Below, piece by piece: positions 12,791 through 25,500 of a stretch of 64,000 bases of DNA. Source of the stretch: Octopus vulgaris (lineage: Eukaryota); NCBI GenBank assembly GCA_951406725.2, contig OX597815.1, forward strand, positions 56,048,001 through 56,112,000, in the 5' to 3' direction. The notes beneath the pieces are model-generated. The model had not been told where the DNA came from. It did no database searches and saw nothing but the letters and a program-made list of their open reading frames with translations. The first letter of the stretch is position 1. Every line of letters starts with the position of its first letter. Made by a program: the position numbers and the translations under genes.

Positions 12791-12918
12791 AGTAATAGAA
12801 AGGGAGGAATTTTGATTATCCCCACGTGGTGAGCTGTAATATGTATAAGAAATTAAAGAAAGAAAATGCACACACTTTACATAGTTTTAATATAATTTAA
12901 TATATCTTATATCGTGTT

Positions 12919-12951
12919 TGTCGACCGGTTTCACTTTCGCTAATCATGACA
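12919..12951 (-). ncRNA. Minimal type-I hammerhead variant (A3-U8) in the 3' pLTR
   Basis: TGTC ATGATTA GC GAAA GT GAAA CCGG TC GACA. Confidence 0.7.
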
Positions 12952-14248
12952 TTAAGATTTATTTAAATACGTATTTTCTTAATATAAATGTTTTTGTCCA
13001 TGTTGTGTGCAGAGTTTATGAATGAATGATTTGAGAAGTAGAAAAATCTAAGGGGAGGTAATTGATTATCGTTAATATTGTGGGCAGGGGAGATAACTGT
13101 TCATCTTTCGGTGGTGGTAGTGGGGAATATATATATATACAAAAATTCAAAAACTTGAGTAGTGGGGAGAAATATGTACAGTGATGGATATGTAATCATG
13201 AATTAAATTATGTACAGAGATAGAAGATGGTTATGCGTGCATATTTGGACGTGATCTGTACTTTTCGATGAATAAATTTTCTTTGTTTAAACGTTCAGTT
13301 ATAGAAATTGTATTTTTGCACTGATAGAAGGGGAAAACTGTGAAATTTGGTTTGATGTTACCTGCACATCTCTCTATGTGTTCACTTAAAGGAATCTGTC
13401 TGTACTACAGGAACCGGATCTGCTCTTTATGTAGAGTGGTTCTCCGTCTCAATGTCATACTCGTCTGTTCTGTATAGTGATGTCCACAACTCGAGCAGGT
13501 TATTACATAAATTAGATTCTCAGAGGCACAAGTGAAGTTGGTTTAATTGTGAACTTCTCTCCTTGTTTGAAAAGGAAATCTGAGCCTTCAAGTTGGCTTC
13601 AGTAGGTTCCACAGTTTGGGCGTCCTCATTTTTAAACCGTTGGTTTTGTAGTTGTTGTGTAGAGCTTCGCATTTGTTAGAAGTCTCTTTTGCGATTTGTG
13701 TTGCTTTTTGTATTTGATGAATTTATGTGCTTTCGGGATGTTATTCATTTTCGGGTCTCTAATTAGTAAAGGAAGATTTTGCTCAATAGTGTTGTATGCC
13801 TCATTATTTCTAGGGTTGTGAGTTGATATATACAGTAGTGTTTTGAGAAGAGGTGTGGTGTTATGTTTTGTTGTCCTTAGTGTTTTTATGTCTAATTTCT
13901 TGGCACGCTTAATTCCATCGTCTATAAGTGAGGGTCTTTAAGTTAATGTTGTTCTGAAGTCTTGAAGAAGAAGATCCCGAGTAGTTCTATCAGACACTAT
14001 TGTGCAGATCCTTTTTGCCAGATTAAAGGGGATAACTATTTTGATGTGTTTTGGGTGGCATGAGCTAAAAAGGAGATATTGCTTCGGGTCCGTTGGTTTA
14101 CGATAGATGTCAGTTATAATTTGATTGTTGACTTTTTTTATCATAATATCCCAAAATGGGAGCTGTGAATAGAATGTTACTGTTTATATCATTTAGTGTT
14201 GACGGTCTCCTTCCAAATGATAAAAATACGTATTTAAATAAATTTTAA

Positions 14249-14281
14249 TGTCATGATTAGCGAAAGCGAAACCGGACGACA
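14249..14281 (+). ncRNA. Minimal type-I hammerhead variant (A3-U8) in the inverted pLTR
   Basis: TGTC ATGATTA GC GAAA GC GAAA CCGG AC GACA (U16.1->A). Confidence 0.6.
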
Positions 14282-14370
14282 AACACAATATAAAATATAT
14301 CAAAAATTATATTAAAACTATGCAAAGTGTGTGCATTATCCTTCTTTAATTTCTTATATATATATATATA

Positions 14371-14425
14371 CAGGGTGGCCACTGAAAAACTGTAGGGTTT
14401 GAAAAGTCATACTTTGTACGTTTTC

Positions 14426-14458
<33 letters not shown>

Positions 14459-14946
14459 CATTATTATTATTATCATTGCATGTTATAGAACATCCCTTGG
14501 AGATAAAAATTGCTATGCATGATGTCAGCAACGAGTAAAACTCATTGGGGTTTTCTATTCCAGTGAAAGATCAATTATTGAAACTCAGAGAAGATACCGG
14601 CAACGTTTTACTGTCAAAGTATTTCCTAGCGATAACATGATTTTGAACCTAATCGCCCGGTTTGAAAGGACTCGATCAGTCGGCGATCTTCTGGGAAGAG
14701 GTCCTGAGCGCACTGTGTACACTGACGCAGCAGTGGAAGCTGTACAGCAGAGTGTCCTGGAGGATCCATCAGCCTCTACCCGTCGTCGCTCTGCTCAACT
14801 GGGCATCGCCAGAATATCGCTTCAGAAAATTCTGAAACTGGATTTTAAAATGTTTGCATCCTAATAAAATAATAAAAAAATTTTAAAAAACCTTGTGTTT
14901 GTAAAAGTTATTTTTGTTTTATATCATTCAGTCTTTGAGTGGCCAC

Positions 14947-14950
<4 letters not shown>
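14371..14950 (+). mobile_element. Internally deleted Tc1/mariner (maT/DD37D-like) element keeping the N-terminal HTH
   Basis: TIRs CAGGGTGGCCACT / AGTGGCCACTCTG inside TA repeats; ORF 14637-14864 reads LIARFERTRSVGD...VQQSVLEDPSASTRRRSAQLGIAR. Confidence 0.85.
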
Positions 14951-14999
<49 letters not shown>

Positions 15000-15004
<5 letters not shown>

Positions 15005-16510
15005 GAACAATCTTACTTAGGAATGGATGCGTGCGTTCCGTCATATAATAAATTGATAAATAAAATAAAATATATGCATATATACATACATATATATACG
15101 TACCTACCTCTACATGTATATATACATGCATGTATGGGTACAGGACACCAAAAAAACGTCGAACACAATGAGAAACGAAAACATAAACACAAAACCAAGG
15201 AAATGGACATTTTTCTTAAACAACGTAAAAATAGAGTATAGGACATACAATACAAGGAAAATTCCCCTTCTTCAGTCGCCTTTGTTTCATCTACTCCGCG
15301 TTTCGAAGGTCAAGGTGAGACACAACTTTAATGAAACATTCCTTTCCGCGAAAAGCAAATTAAATAAAATTTGAGATTTTTTTGCGGAGGGGTAAAAATG
15401 GTAACAAAAACAGGACAGTAAAGACAGTATAAAATATAAACAGTAATGGACAGGGCAAGGAGAATAACAGTAACTGTCTTTACTGTCCTGTTTTTGTTAC
15501 CATTTTTTCGTTGTTTAAGAAAAATGTCCATTTCCTTGGTTTTGTGTTTATGTTTTCCTTTCTCATTGTGTTCGACGTTTTTTTGTGTGTCCTGTACCCA
15601 TATATGCATGTATATATACATGTAGAGGTAGGTACGTACATATATGTATGTATATATGCATATGTTTTATTTTATTTATTAATTTATTATATGACGGAAC
15701 GTACGCATCCATTTCTAAGTAAGATTGTTCTTAATATTAATAATGATGCACAGTCTTAACCTTTCTGTACCCCCTCCCTTTCTCAGCCTTCATTCTTTCG
15801 GGTTTCCTTTTCTTCTACCTTACTGTTTCTCCCTCTCTCTCTCTCTCTCTCATTCTTCATTCTTTCTGGTTTTCTCTACAACCATTCCCTTTTTTCTCTC
15901 CCTTTCTCTTGTTCCTTCTCCTCCCTCCCGTCGTTGACCCGCGACGAGAGCTCTGCTACTGTCTTTCTGACCTGGCTTCCTTCAAGTGTAGATGGCTTTC
16001 CTTTCTCTCTCTTTCCGTCCTCAAAAGCGTTCATAATATTTTTTCTTTCGTTCTGGCTTAACAGCTCTCAATGTTTGTGTTACTGTTATTCTCCTTGTCC
16101 TGTCCTTTACTGTTTATAATTTGTACTGCCTTTACTGTTCTGTTTTTGTTACCATTTTTACCCCTCCGCAAAAAAATCTCAAATTTTATTTAATTTGCTT
16201 TTCGCAGGAAGGAATGTTTCATTAAAGTCGTGTCTCGCCTTTACTTTCGAAACGCGGAGTAGATGAAACAAAGGCGACTGAGGACGGGGAATTTTCCTTG
16301 TATTGTATGTCCTATACTCTATTTTTTCGTCGTTTAAGAAAAATGTCCATTTCCTTGGTTTTGTGTTTATGTTTTCGTTTCTCATTGTGTTCGACGTTTT
16401 TTTCGTGTTCTGTACCCATATATGCATGTATATATACATGTAGAGGTACGTACGTACATATATGTATGTATGTATATATGCATATGTTTTGTTTTATTTA
16501 TTAATTCAGT
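15000..16510. mobile_element. Non-coding PLE-like repeat: inverted copy followed by a partial tandem (A-B-A)
   Basis: 15000-15480 is inverted relative to ~16090-16510; 15505-15690 is directly repeated at 16320-16510; same family as 39265-40152. Confidence 0.75.
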
Positions 16511-16527
16511 ATATATATGTATGTATG

Positions 16528-16579
<52 letters not shown>

Positions 16580-16586
16580 CATATGT

Positions 16587-16656
<70 letters not shown>

Positions 16657-17115
16657 GTGTTGAGAGAGAGAGAGAGAGAGAGAGTGAGAGAGAGACAGAG
16701 AGAGAGAGAGAGAAAAAAATTTCATTCATATATACCAATCTGGCCTCTTTTTCAGTACAATGAAACTAAATTGAACCAAAATTGCTCGCCTCAGCAAAAG
16801 GAGAAGAAATGAGAATTCATGAGATTAACAGTTCTGAAAAGTGAGACGTATAGATGATTTGGATATTAAGTTGGGCACTGACACTACGATGGTTTAAAAG
16901 CCCTCTCATCTCGGTGATTGAGACACTGTGTCAACACAGCAGTGTCGACAAGACCGTTAAATACAAAATTAGCCAATGTCTGTTTTGTCATCTGTTAGCA
17001 CACTATTTTTTAATTCTAAATAGAAATTTCCACAATCAGAACAAAATAGTCCCTCTATGGTGGTTTTGTAAAGAAGCCCCGGGCCGACTAAAGACTTGTG
17101 AGTGAATTGTATAGA

Positions 17116-17411
17116 CAGGTGGTTCTCAACCGGGGTACATATGGCTCCTGAGGATCCATATAAGATTTTTCAGGTCCATGCAACAAAATATTAAACTGGG
17201 GATCGGCAATAATATTTTAATGGCCTCTGCAAAGAAAAAAATTATTTTGATGTATACATTGACGTGTATTGCAAGAAACAATTACGTTTCATTCTCTAAC
17301 ACTTTACATGTGTGAAAAACGAAATAGAAATTTTGAAAGAATTTTCTATAAAACTATTGAGGTTCACCAGAATAAAGGGGTCCATGGATAAAAAATGGTT
17401 GAGAACCCCTG
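17116..17411. mobile_element. hAT (Charlie-like) MITE nested in a SINE
   Basis: TIRs CAGGTGGTTCTCAACC / GGTTGAGAACCCCTG; near-TSD GTATAGAC / GTGTAGAC; splits the SINE sequence gaatt.ggtagacggaaact. Confidence 0.8.
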
Positions 17412-17469
17412 GTGTAGACGGAAACTCAGCGTAAGCCTGTCATGTGTGTACATATGTGTATGTATGCGT

Positions 17470-17628
17470 GTAGGGGGTGCGACTTTAGCATGAGGTTTAT
17501 CTGACCATATCCGCTTTAGTGCACAAACCCAAACCCTGAACCCTAATCTTAATCCTTGCCTTGATCAGGTCATTTCACAGAGTAAACTATGGACACTGCA
17601 GCAGACCGCATGCAAAGCAGCACCTGTA
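17470..17628. mobile_element. Small element with imperfect inverted termini and internal AACCCT-like repeats
   Basis: ggtgcgactttagcatgaggt ... accgcatgcaaagcagcacc, with aaacccaaaccctgaaccctaatc inside. Confidence 0.4.
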
Positions 17629-18245
17629 AATGTGTATGTGTGTGTGTGTGTGTGGAAAGAGAGTGTATGTCTGTGTTTACCCCTTCACTACTTGACAACT
17701 GGTGTTAGTTTACGTCCACGAAACTTAGCGGTTCGGTAAAAGAGATCGACCAGTACCAGGCTTAAAAATAAGTCCTGAGATCGATATCTACAACTAAACC
17801 TTTCACGACAGTGCCCCAGCATTACCTGCAGTCCAATGACTAAAACAAGAAAAATAAAAGAATAATAAGAAAGCAAAAGTTTCATGAACGAGTCATACAT
17901 TAACTCTTTTCTACAGCTGTTTCCACAGTTCGGATACAAACATCATCATTCATATAACTATGTCAGAAGTATAAAAATACATAATCTAAATTTGATGGAT
18001 AAACCGTTTCACCAGAAGACTAACTTAGGCATATAAATGAGAACAACATTACAGTTTATTAATTTTTTTTTTGTCACATGTCTTTGGTCACATCTCAAGA
18101 GAAGTGAAGGTCTATTTCTCTCCTACTAAGTTGTCAGTGAACTGCCAAACAGGTTAGGACAATCATCTTTACTTTTCTGTTTCATTATTCACATTTCTTT
18201 AAAATATCAGTGAAAGGCTTTAAAATTTTTATAAACTATTTTTTG

Positions 18246-18341
<96 letters not shown>

Positions 18342-19789
18342 ACAAATAATGAACTTCATCAGCTTACAACTATTCCTGCTATAAGATGTAGTTTCAAAGC
18401 CTTTTGCAGCGAAACTTTAAACAGAATAATAAAGGAGATTATCCTAACATATTTCACTGTTCCTTAACCAGTCTGTAGAAGAGAAAGTCTCTCATTTATC
18501 TTTTTTTATGATAATCAAAGAACTATGAATATTACTGAGTACAAAGAAAATAACAAGATGTATTTACATTTACTTCAAGTCAGACAGCAAAAGGATTTAA
18601 AACTGTGATTTAAAAGCTTTAAAAATATTTTGGATTGTGATGCTCTGTATGCACGCGCGCACACGTACAGTGAAATGAGTACTAAAATCATCTATATAAG
18701 ACTAAAACCCTCGACGGCAGTGCCCCAGTATGACCATAGTCCATTGTGTGTATGGGTGGTGGGTGTTTGCCACCTCATCCATTTAATTTCATTTACATCT
18801 AGGATGTATTAGAAGTCCACCACAGTACTTTACTGGTATTTTAATTTATCGACCCAAAAGGATGAATGTAAAATCAAAACGTTAAGTGTTATAACTAAGA
18901 AATATCAGATATCATTTCCCCACCCACTAAAAAGTGTAACACTCCACCGTCACTGTTAAAAATAAAAGGTTTTTAATCACTTGATAAATAAAATTCGATC
19001 AAGTAAGTAGTGTAAAAACTGGTTCTATGTATGTTGTAGTCCTCTATGCCTTGTAACTTAGTGACTCGACAAATAAAAACGATAGATTAAATACCAGACT
19101 GAAATGTGTAATAGGGACGATATAATGAAACCTTGAGGGCGGTGTACCAGTACACTGCAACCAACTGATTGAACTAGTGCGATATAAAGAACCTGTATGT
19201 CTACAGGTGAAACTCAGAGTAGCAAAAGGCTGACTCTGCCAAAATAAAGCATCATTAACCTCTACGACAGTACTGAACGGATATATAATATATATATAAA
19301 CGTGTGTGTATCTCACTTCCTGTACACAACTTTTTTTCATGTTTTGAATGTGCCTTTGTTGATGTTATGGTAAATAAAAAAAATCGTTTTACTCTTGAGA
19401 TTTCTCGGTTAAGCCTATAATGAACGCCATTTTAGGACAAAGATTAGAAGTCAAATTATGTCACCGCCATATCAGAATTGTAGTTCTTACGTAAAACGTA
19501 GTAGGAATAATGCTATTGATGTCCTCGGAGAGACATGTATATTACAACTTCCCATTCCTCATTTCTAAAACATTGAAGTCTTCATGTTTCAGAGTTTTAT
19601 TGCTTTGTAAAAATTATTACTAATTATTTCGGCAATTAATGCCATCATAATCTTAAGTGTGGTTTACTTGAATATTATTGCGACCATCATAATTATCGTC
19701 ATGATCATTACTATGCATTACCGTCATGAATTTGTTATATTTTTAACTCGAGGATTTCTATGATATGCAACAAAGTGTTAAAAACCAAT

Positions 19790-19996
<207 letters not shown>

Positions 19997-22032
19997 AGAC
20001 AAAATTATTCGTTTTTTTAGGCTACTCAGTATAACTGTTACAAGAGAGCTTCTATGCATAATGGAGGTGTTTAGACTAGCTTTATTATACAAACCTATCA
20101 CCGAAGCTGTTCTAACCGAGACTATCCCATCTCTTTTTCAGTTATGTTATACATAAGACTTCATTAAACAATATGTTTTATCTTCCATAAAAAGGTAGGG
20201 TGTAATTTAAAGAAGATTCGACTGCTATTTCTAGTAGGTTGAATGACTCTAGACACTCCCTCATTGCACAATGGAGAGAAAACAAAACACACACACACAC
20301 ACTAGAGAATAGTGTAGTCGGCGATATATTAACTAGTTCAACGATCTAGTTTCAGCATAGTTCCCACGCTAAGAGCTTCCCTGCTGACGTCATTGCTAGT
20401 GAGCATGATATAAATATATCATTATGAAGGTAATTCATTAGGTTATTAAAATAACTGACTTTTATGTTCTATTATATTTTCGGAGTCGAACCGTAAAATA
20501 TTATCCCAAAGACGTAAAAGTAGTATTTCTGTATATTTACGTATATTTTATTACACATACACGCGTACAAACGTAAATATGTATGTTTGTTTATGTAAAT
20601 ATGCGTGTGTATATGTAAATAGGTGCATATGTGTGTGTATGTCAGTCTTGAAGATCCCAACCTCTAGCGAAACTCAAGTCAACTTTTGAAAAGAATAACA
20701 TATCTATCAACTCTTACCTAATGCTTTATAAAATAATAATAATAATAATAAACATTGTGTACAGTGCTCAGGTGCACTACATCAGATAATGTGTAATATA
20801 TATTTTAATACTATATTACGATATATTTACATACACACATGTAAAGAAATAACTCAAGGGCCAGCGACATGTATTTGAACTAAGACGAATAAAGCTATAT
20901 TAAATAACATACAAGATGAGTTTTTGATTTATTGAAACTGTCTCCGCTTCCAGTAAAGGCAGGCCAACCATTTAATGACAATTATTAACTCCAAACGAGA
21001 AGGGGAGATAATTACAAGAATAAAAAATTCCAATATTGACATACCAATCAATTGGGGTTTTTTTTATGAATCAAGGGTATTTAATATAACCTTATTCTTC
21101 TTTGTTGAATAAATATATGCCACAGGACACTCTAGATAATTTCTCTTACATCATTTTCGTTTAATGTATGTGCTTGTAATTATTGAGGCAGAAACGTGTC
21201 ACAGCAGCCCTCTTGTCTTCAGACAGTCAGGTACAGTTTTCCATAATGACATGTCAGTTTCAGAGAATTCTAGATGTTTGAGATTATTTCTCCATTTCAT
21301 TTGGAATCAGAGATAATTTTAGTATATCAAGATTTTACCTTGTATGATGTGATATTTGTGTGTGTGTGACTGTGTGTATCATTATCATTGCTTTAATGTC
21401 CATGCTTGCATAAATCAGAATTTAATGCGGTACATTTTCTATGTCCAAATGCTCTTACTCTCACCAACTCTCACCTGTTTTAAGCAAGGTAATATTTTCC
21501 CTTGACCAGACATATTTCCAGGGAAGACTTGTATGATAATGACACTCGCTTACAACCATCACATAATTTCAGGACAAGGAGGCGTAAACACACACACATA
21601 AAAGGTTCTTTCAGTTCTGCCTATCAAATCTACTCACAAGACATTTGTTAGCCCAAGGCGATACTTGTGTGGTAAGAAATTTTCTTGCCAATCATATGGT
21701 TCCAGGTTCACTCCCACTATGTGGCACATTGGGCAAGTGTCTTCTACAATAACCCCAAACTGACTAAATCCTTGTGAATGGATTTGGTAGATGAAAACTG
21801 AAAGAAGTCCGTCGTATGTGTGTGTACTTTCATGTTTTTGTGTTTGTTCACCACTACCACTTGGCAACTAGTATTGGTTTATTTACAACCCCATAACTTA
21901 ATGGTTCAGCTAAAGAGACTGATAGAATAAGCACCAGGCTTAAAAATTAAGCATTAAGATTTATTTGTTCAACTAAACCCTTCAAGGTGGTGCCTCAGCA
22001 TGGCACAGTCCAATGACGGAAACAAGCAAAAG

Positions 22033-22049
<17 letters not shown>

Positions 22050-22073
<24 letters not shown>

Positions 22074-23585
22074 TCAGTGGATTATCTATCCCAAAAAGAA
22101 GCTCACTCTAAAGGATAGAGCAGTAATATATTTACATGCAGTTAAACATATGTCCAGTCATGGAATGAACAATGGTTTCCCATCCAAGAAGTGCTTAGCT
22201 TTATAGATGACTCGTCAGACTCTAATGGTGGAGGGCATATAACCTCTCTTCAAACTGGAGGCAGAATACTGTTACAGTCAATTTGTAAACCCAGAATAAT
22301 ATACACTGCTTGAACTTTAAACTGGACAAGTTATCTACCTTAGACTGGTCCAGTTGTCAAATCTTATGGACCTAAAAGGCAAACAGGGAATTCCTATCCT
22401 TAGGCTGTTTCTGGTCTGCATGAACTTCTCCCGCTCTAATCAATGAACAGGGAATTCCACACCTACAGCAAGCAATGTCTTGAGTTTAAGAGATCTCAGG
22501 TCCAGTGAGTTTGTAAGGGTCTTTGCTCACTCTGCTGTGCAAAGCATGCATCATCCACTCCCGTTTATATAGGACTCCTACTGGTCTCTGATCCTCCAAT
22601 TAATTTTGTATGGAGTTCCTTCATCCTAAAGGCACCACACATAATGTCTTTCCAGAACCCTAAAAGAGGGCCTGTGGTTGTACATGTGCTGTTTAAAGGC
22701 AGTTTCAGCTCATGCAATATATCTCTGAATTTGACTGCAAGTTGTGTTCATACCTCTGGTATATCTTCTCTTGGCTCCGGGTGCTGTTGTTGTTGGAGCT
22801 ATCATCAATGCTGTTATTATGGGGCTTGGGTCTGGCAATATCTCTGTAGTTGTTGCCATTGCAGTAGTCATCCCTGGTCGTAGTGCTGGTGTTGGTGCTG
22901 CAGTCATTGCTGTCATCTGCCACCTCCACTATTGCTATCATACCTATGTGTCTGCATGAAGTGCTTGTCTACTAACCTAAAGAATATCCTTCCCACATAA
23001 GTTTTAATGTTGAGTGAGAAGAGTGAGGGAAACCAAACAATGTTCTGGCAGTGCTTCTGTTTGCTGGTGCTAGGGCCCAGCATATCGGAGATGCAATCCT
23101 TAAGCCCACTGGACACCAGGGCCTCATTATAATAGGGAGTCACAATGTTGAAAATTTCTTGATTCAAGGACAGGTTCAAGATCCACTTGCTGACACCCTT
23201 CACTAGGTTCCTGAACAAGATAGGCAGGTGTAAGACAGCCTTGTGTTTGGTATGTGGGAGTGCAAGTCTAGTGTGATGTCTAGGAAGTTTACAATGGTGA
23301 AGTTGGCCTCAATAGTTATTTTGAGTTCCATGGAGTCTAGGGCACAAGTCAGGTCTTTTCTAAGTCTATCAAGGGTGTGCCCGTTGGCTCATCTAGAGAT
23401 GGCCAGGCCATCATCTCTGTAGAGACTGAAGATGATTGAAGAGAACTTCTTCCCTGAGGTGTTCAGGATGTATAGTCCAATGGGGTCCCAAATGTCAGTG
23501 CTGTCGTAGACTCCTATTGCCACTTCAAAGGAACCCTTGGAGTTGAATTGCTTGACCCATGTCAAACTTTTATTAAACAGCACAA
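22050..23585 (-). mobile_element. Decayed Penelope-like element (RT, thumb, GIY-YIG remnant, 3' pLTR)
   Basis: ORF 23389-23613 reads FEVAIGVYDSTDIWDPIGLYILN...SLYRDDGLAISR. ORF 22913-23218 reads TPYYNEALVSSG...NIVWFPSLFSLNIKTYVGRIFFRLVDKHF. Endonuclease C-terminal remnant at ~22470-22640. Confidence 0.85.
22163..22222 (-). ncRNA. Type-I hammerhead motif in a PLE pLTR
   Basis: Minus: gagt CTGACGA gtcatc...ggatgg GAAAC cattgt TC attc; sense to and downstream of the PLE ORF. Confidence 0.6.
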
Positions 23586-23602
23586 TATATATATATATAT
23601 AT

Positions 23603-23888
23603 TGTCTTGTCAAGGTGGAGGAGTCCTAGTGCAATGACTTGGAGGTTATTGCAGCCAGGCAGAAGATCTATACTATCAGACAACAACCAGGTGTCAACTA
23701 GCAAGTGAGCTGCAGCTGAGGCAGCCACATTGTTGACCAGGTACATTCATGGTATTTGGTGTGGTGGCCCAGAGTAGATGTCTGGTGGGAAGAGAATGCC
23801 AACTGCCTTCTCACCATCCAAAGGTGTTTTGTTCAGAGAACTGAACAGAACATTCAACATTGACTACGACGGACAGCCAATGATGACA
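23603..23888. mobile_element. Putative solo LTR (~286 bp)
   Basis: TGTC...GACA termini, flanks ATAT/ATAC, GC-richer than its surroundings; abuts the PLE RT. Confidence 0.4.
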
Positions 23889-23946
<58 letters not shown>

Positions 23947-24032
23947 ACCGTAAATATGAGGGTAATAAATTAAAATAATTTATTACTAGTAGTTAGCATG
24001 CATAAATAAAAGTCATGAGACATGTTTTTAAA

Positions 24033-25118
24033 AGCGCAGTGGCTGAATCCGTCTGAATTTCGATTGAGCACAGCCCCCATTTCATGGCCAAGTTCACCCC
24101 CTTAAGCACCGCGTCTAATTTGGTGACATTGAGTGGTTAAAGCCGTCTGCTTTCCAAAGCCAGGCCATGTCCTCCACCTTAGCACCTTCAATCTCCAACA
24201 CAACTCCTATTGCTATACTGCTAGCATCACATGAAACGGTCCCGCATTCCATCTTGGGCACATACCAGTTTCCCCTGACCGGGTCTTCCGCTCTTGTCCT
24301 CTCTAGGATTTCCTGCATCATCGCCACCATCCCCTCTCCCAACTTGTCACCCCAACTCTCCCTCTCCGCTGGTCTCTTGGTGTAACTGCATGCTGTGCAC
24401 AGCCATCTAGCGATCGGGTAGTAACCGACCAACTTCCCACACACCGAGAACAGCTCTCTCCTGCTGATGCTAGAACTCAGCTCTGGGATTTCATTTCCTC
24501 TCCGGAACACCAACTCATCTGATCTATCTCTTTGTAGCTTCAGCCCCAGAGCAGCTCCCCCCCACCCCCCGCCATCGACCCGGTGGCTTCACAATCAGCC
24601 CACATTTCTCCAGATGTCTCACTACCTCAGTGGCTGGCACTACAGTCTCATCCACCAAAATGTCTTCTATGTAGGAACTGGTGGCCTTTCTTATTTTGTA
24701 CTCTTTCCCTAGGATGGACTTAAGCACTGATGCCATGATCTTCGGAGCGGAATTCAGTCCAAAACCCAGCCTGGTTAAACAGTATGTTTGGCCCTTGTAC
24801 CACACCAGCTGATATCAACACAGTTTGTCACTCACATGGAGCTGCAAATATGCCAATTCAAGTTGACAATCCACGCATGTAACATCTCGCCACAAATGTC
24901 CATCACCTCACCTCCCATGTGGCACAATATATGGTTGTTCAGTTCTCTAAAGTCCAGCACCAGCCTGACTTTTCCCTTCATTGGCTGCACCACCGCCATC
25001 AGAGGTAGCACTCTGCTCACCACCTCCTCCTTCCATGGGATAAGGACTCCTTCCTTGATCCATCTCTCTACCTCGTCTTTGAACTCGACCCTAGCATGAC
25101 CTTTCAGGGGATGCTGGT
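24033..25118 (-). mobile_element. Retrotransposon RT and RNase H fragment with DIRS-like motifs
   Basis: ORFs read PLMAVVQPMKGKVRLVLDFRELN, YCLTRLGFGLNSAPKIM...SYIEDILVD and CDASSIAIGVVLEIEG; frameshifted continuation NVTKLDAVLKGVNLAMKWGLCSIEIQTDSATA. Confidence 0.85.
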
Positions 25119-25500
25119 AGCAGTGGATATTGGAGTGCATTGTAGGATCTGGTATGTATATATGCATTGTACTGACTACCCTTATAGTTTCTTAATCCAC
25201 ATCTTATTGCTACCACTTAGCCAATGCAGTTTGAAGTCTACATCGGTTCATCCATTTAATACAACCTACTTATATCATTTCAGTAGCTGTTTTTTCCAGT
25301 TTGAACAGAGGCAATGTGTAGACCATGCGGGCAGTTGTATGTACCCCAGGAAAGGGGGTTTTCTGCCCCCGGGCGCTCTATTACTCATTATGTGAAAAAT
25401 TTCAAGAGCCTAAAACCATCTCTGGAACATAAGTAATGTATGTTTCCAGTTTGAAGAAAATCAGTTGCGAGCTTCAGAAGTTCTGTGGGCTTAAACATGC
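25119..25500 (-). mobile_element. Helitron Rep fragment (copy 1)
   Basis: Near-identical to 26376-26770; contains RSYNALQYPLL. Confidence 0.75.

Larger units (their letters stand above)
12844..14358 (-). mobile_element. 5'-truncated Penelope-like element (Neptune-like): RT thumb and GIY-YIG endonuclease between inverted pLTRs
   Basis: ORF 13938-14144 reads TDIYRKPTDPKQYLLFSSCHPKH...IPFNLAKRICTIVS. Downstream minus frame reads FTCASENLIYVITCSSCGHHYTEQTS (GIY-YIG). Inverted repeats at 12844-12977 and 14223-14358. Confidence 0.9.

Noticed and set aside
16240-16295. Type-II hammerhead (GAAAC...CTGA.GA) in the non-coding PLE-like family
   Set aside because: Stem I could not be paired in any copy (15260-15310, 16240-16295, 40050-40100), so it is not called as a ribozyme
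22644-22959. Hydrophobic or Thr/Asn-rich ORFs resembling membrane or mucin peptides
   Set aside because: Degenerate trinucleotide low-complexity tract inside the PLE remnant, with no splice context
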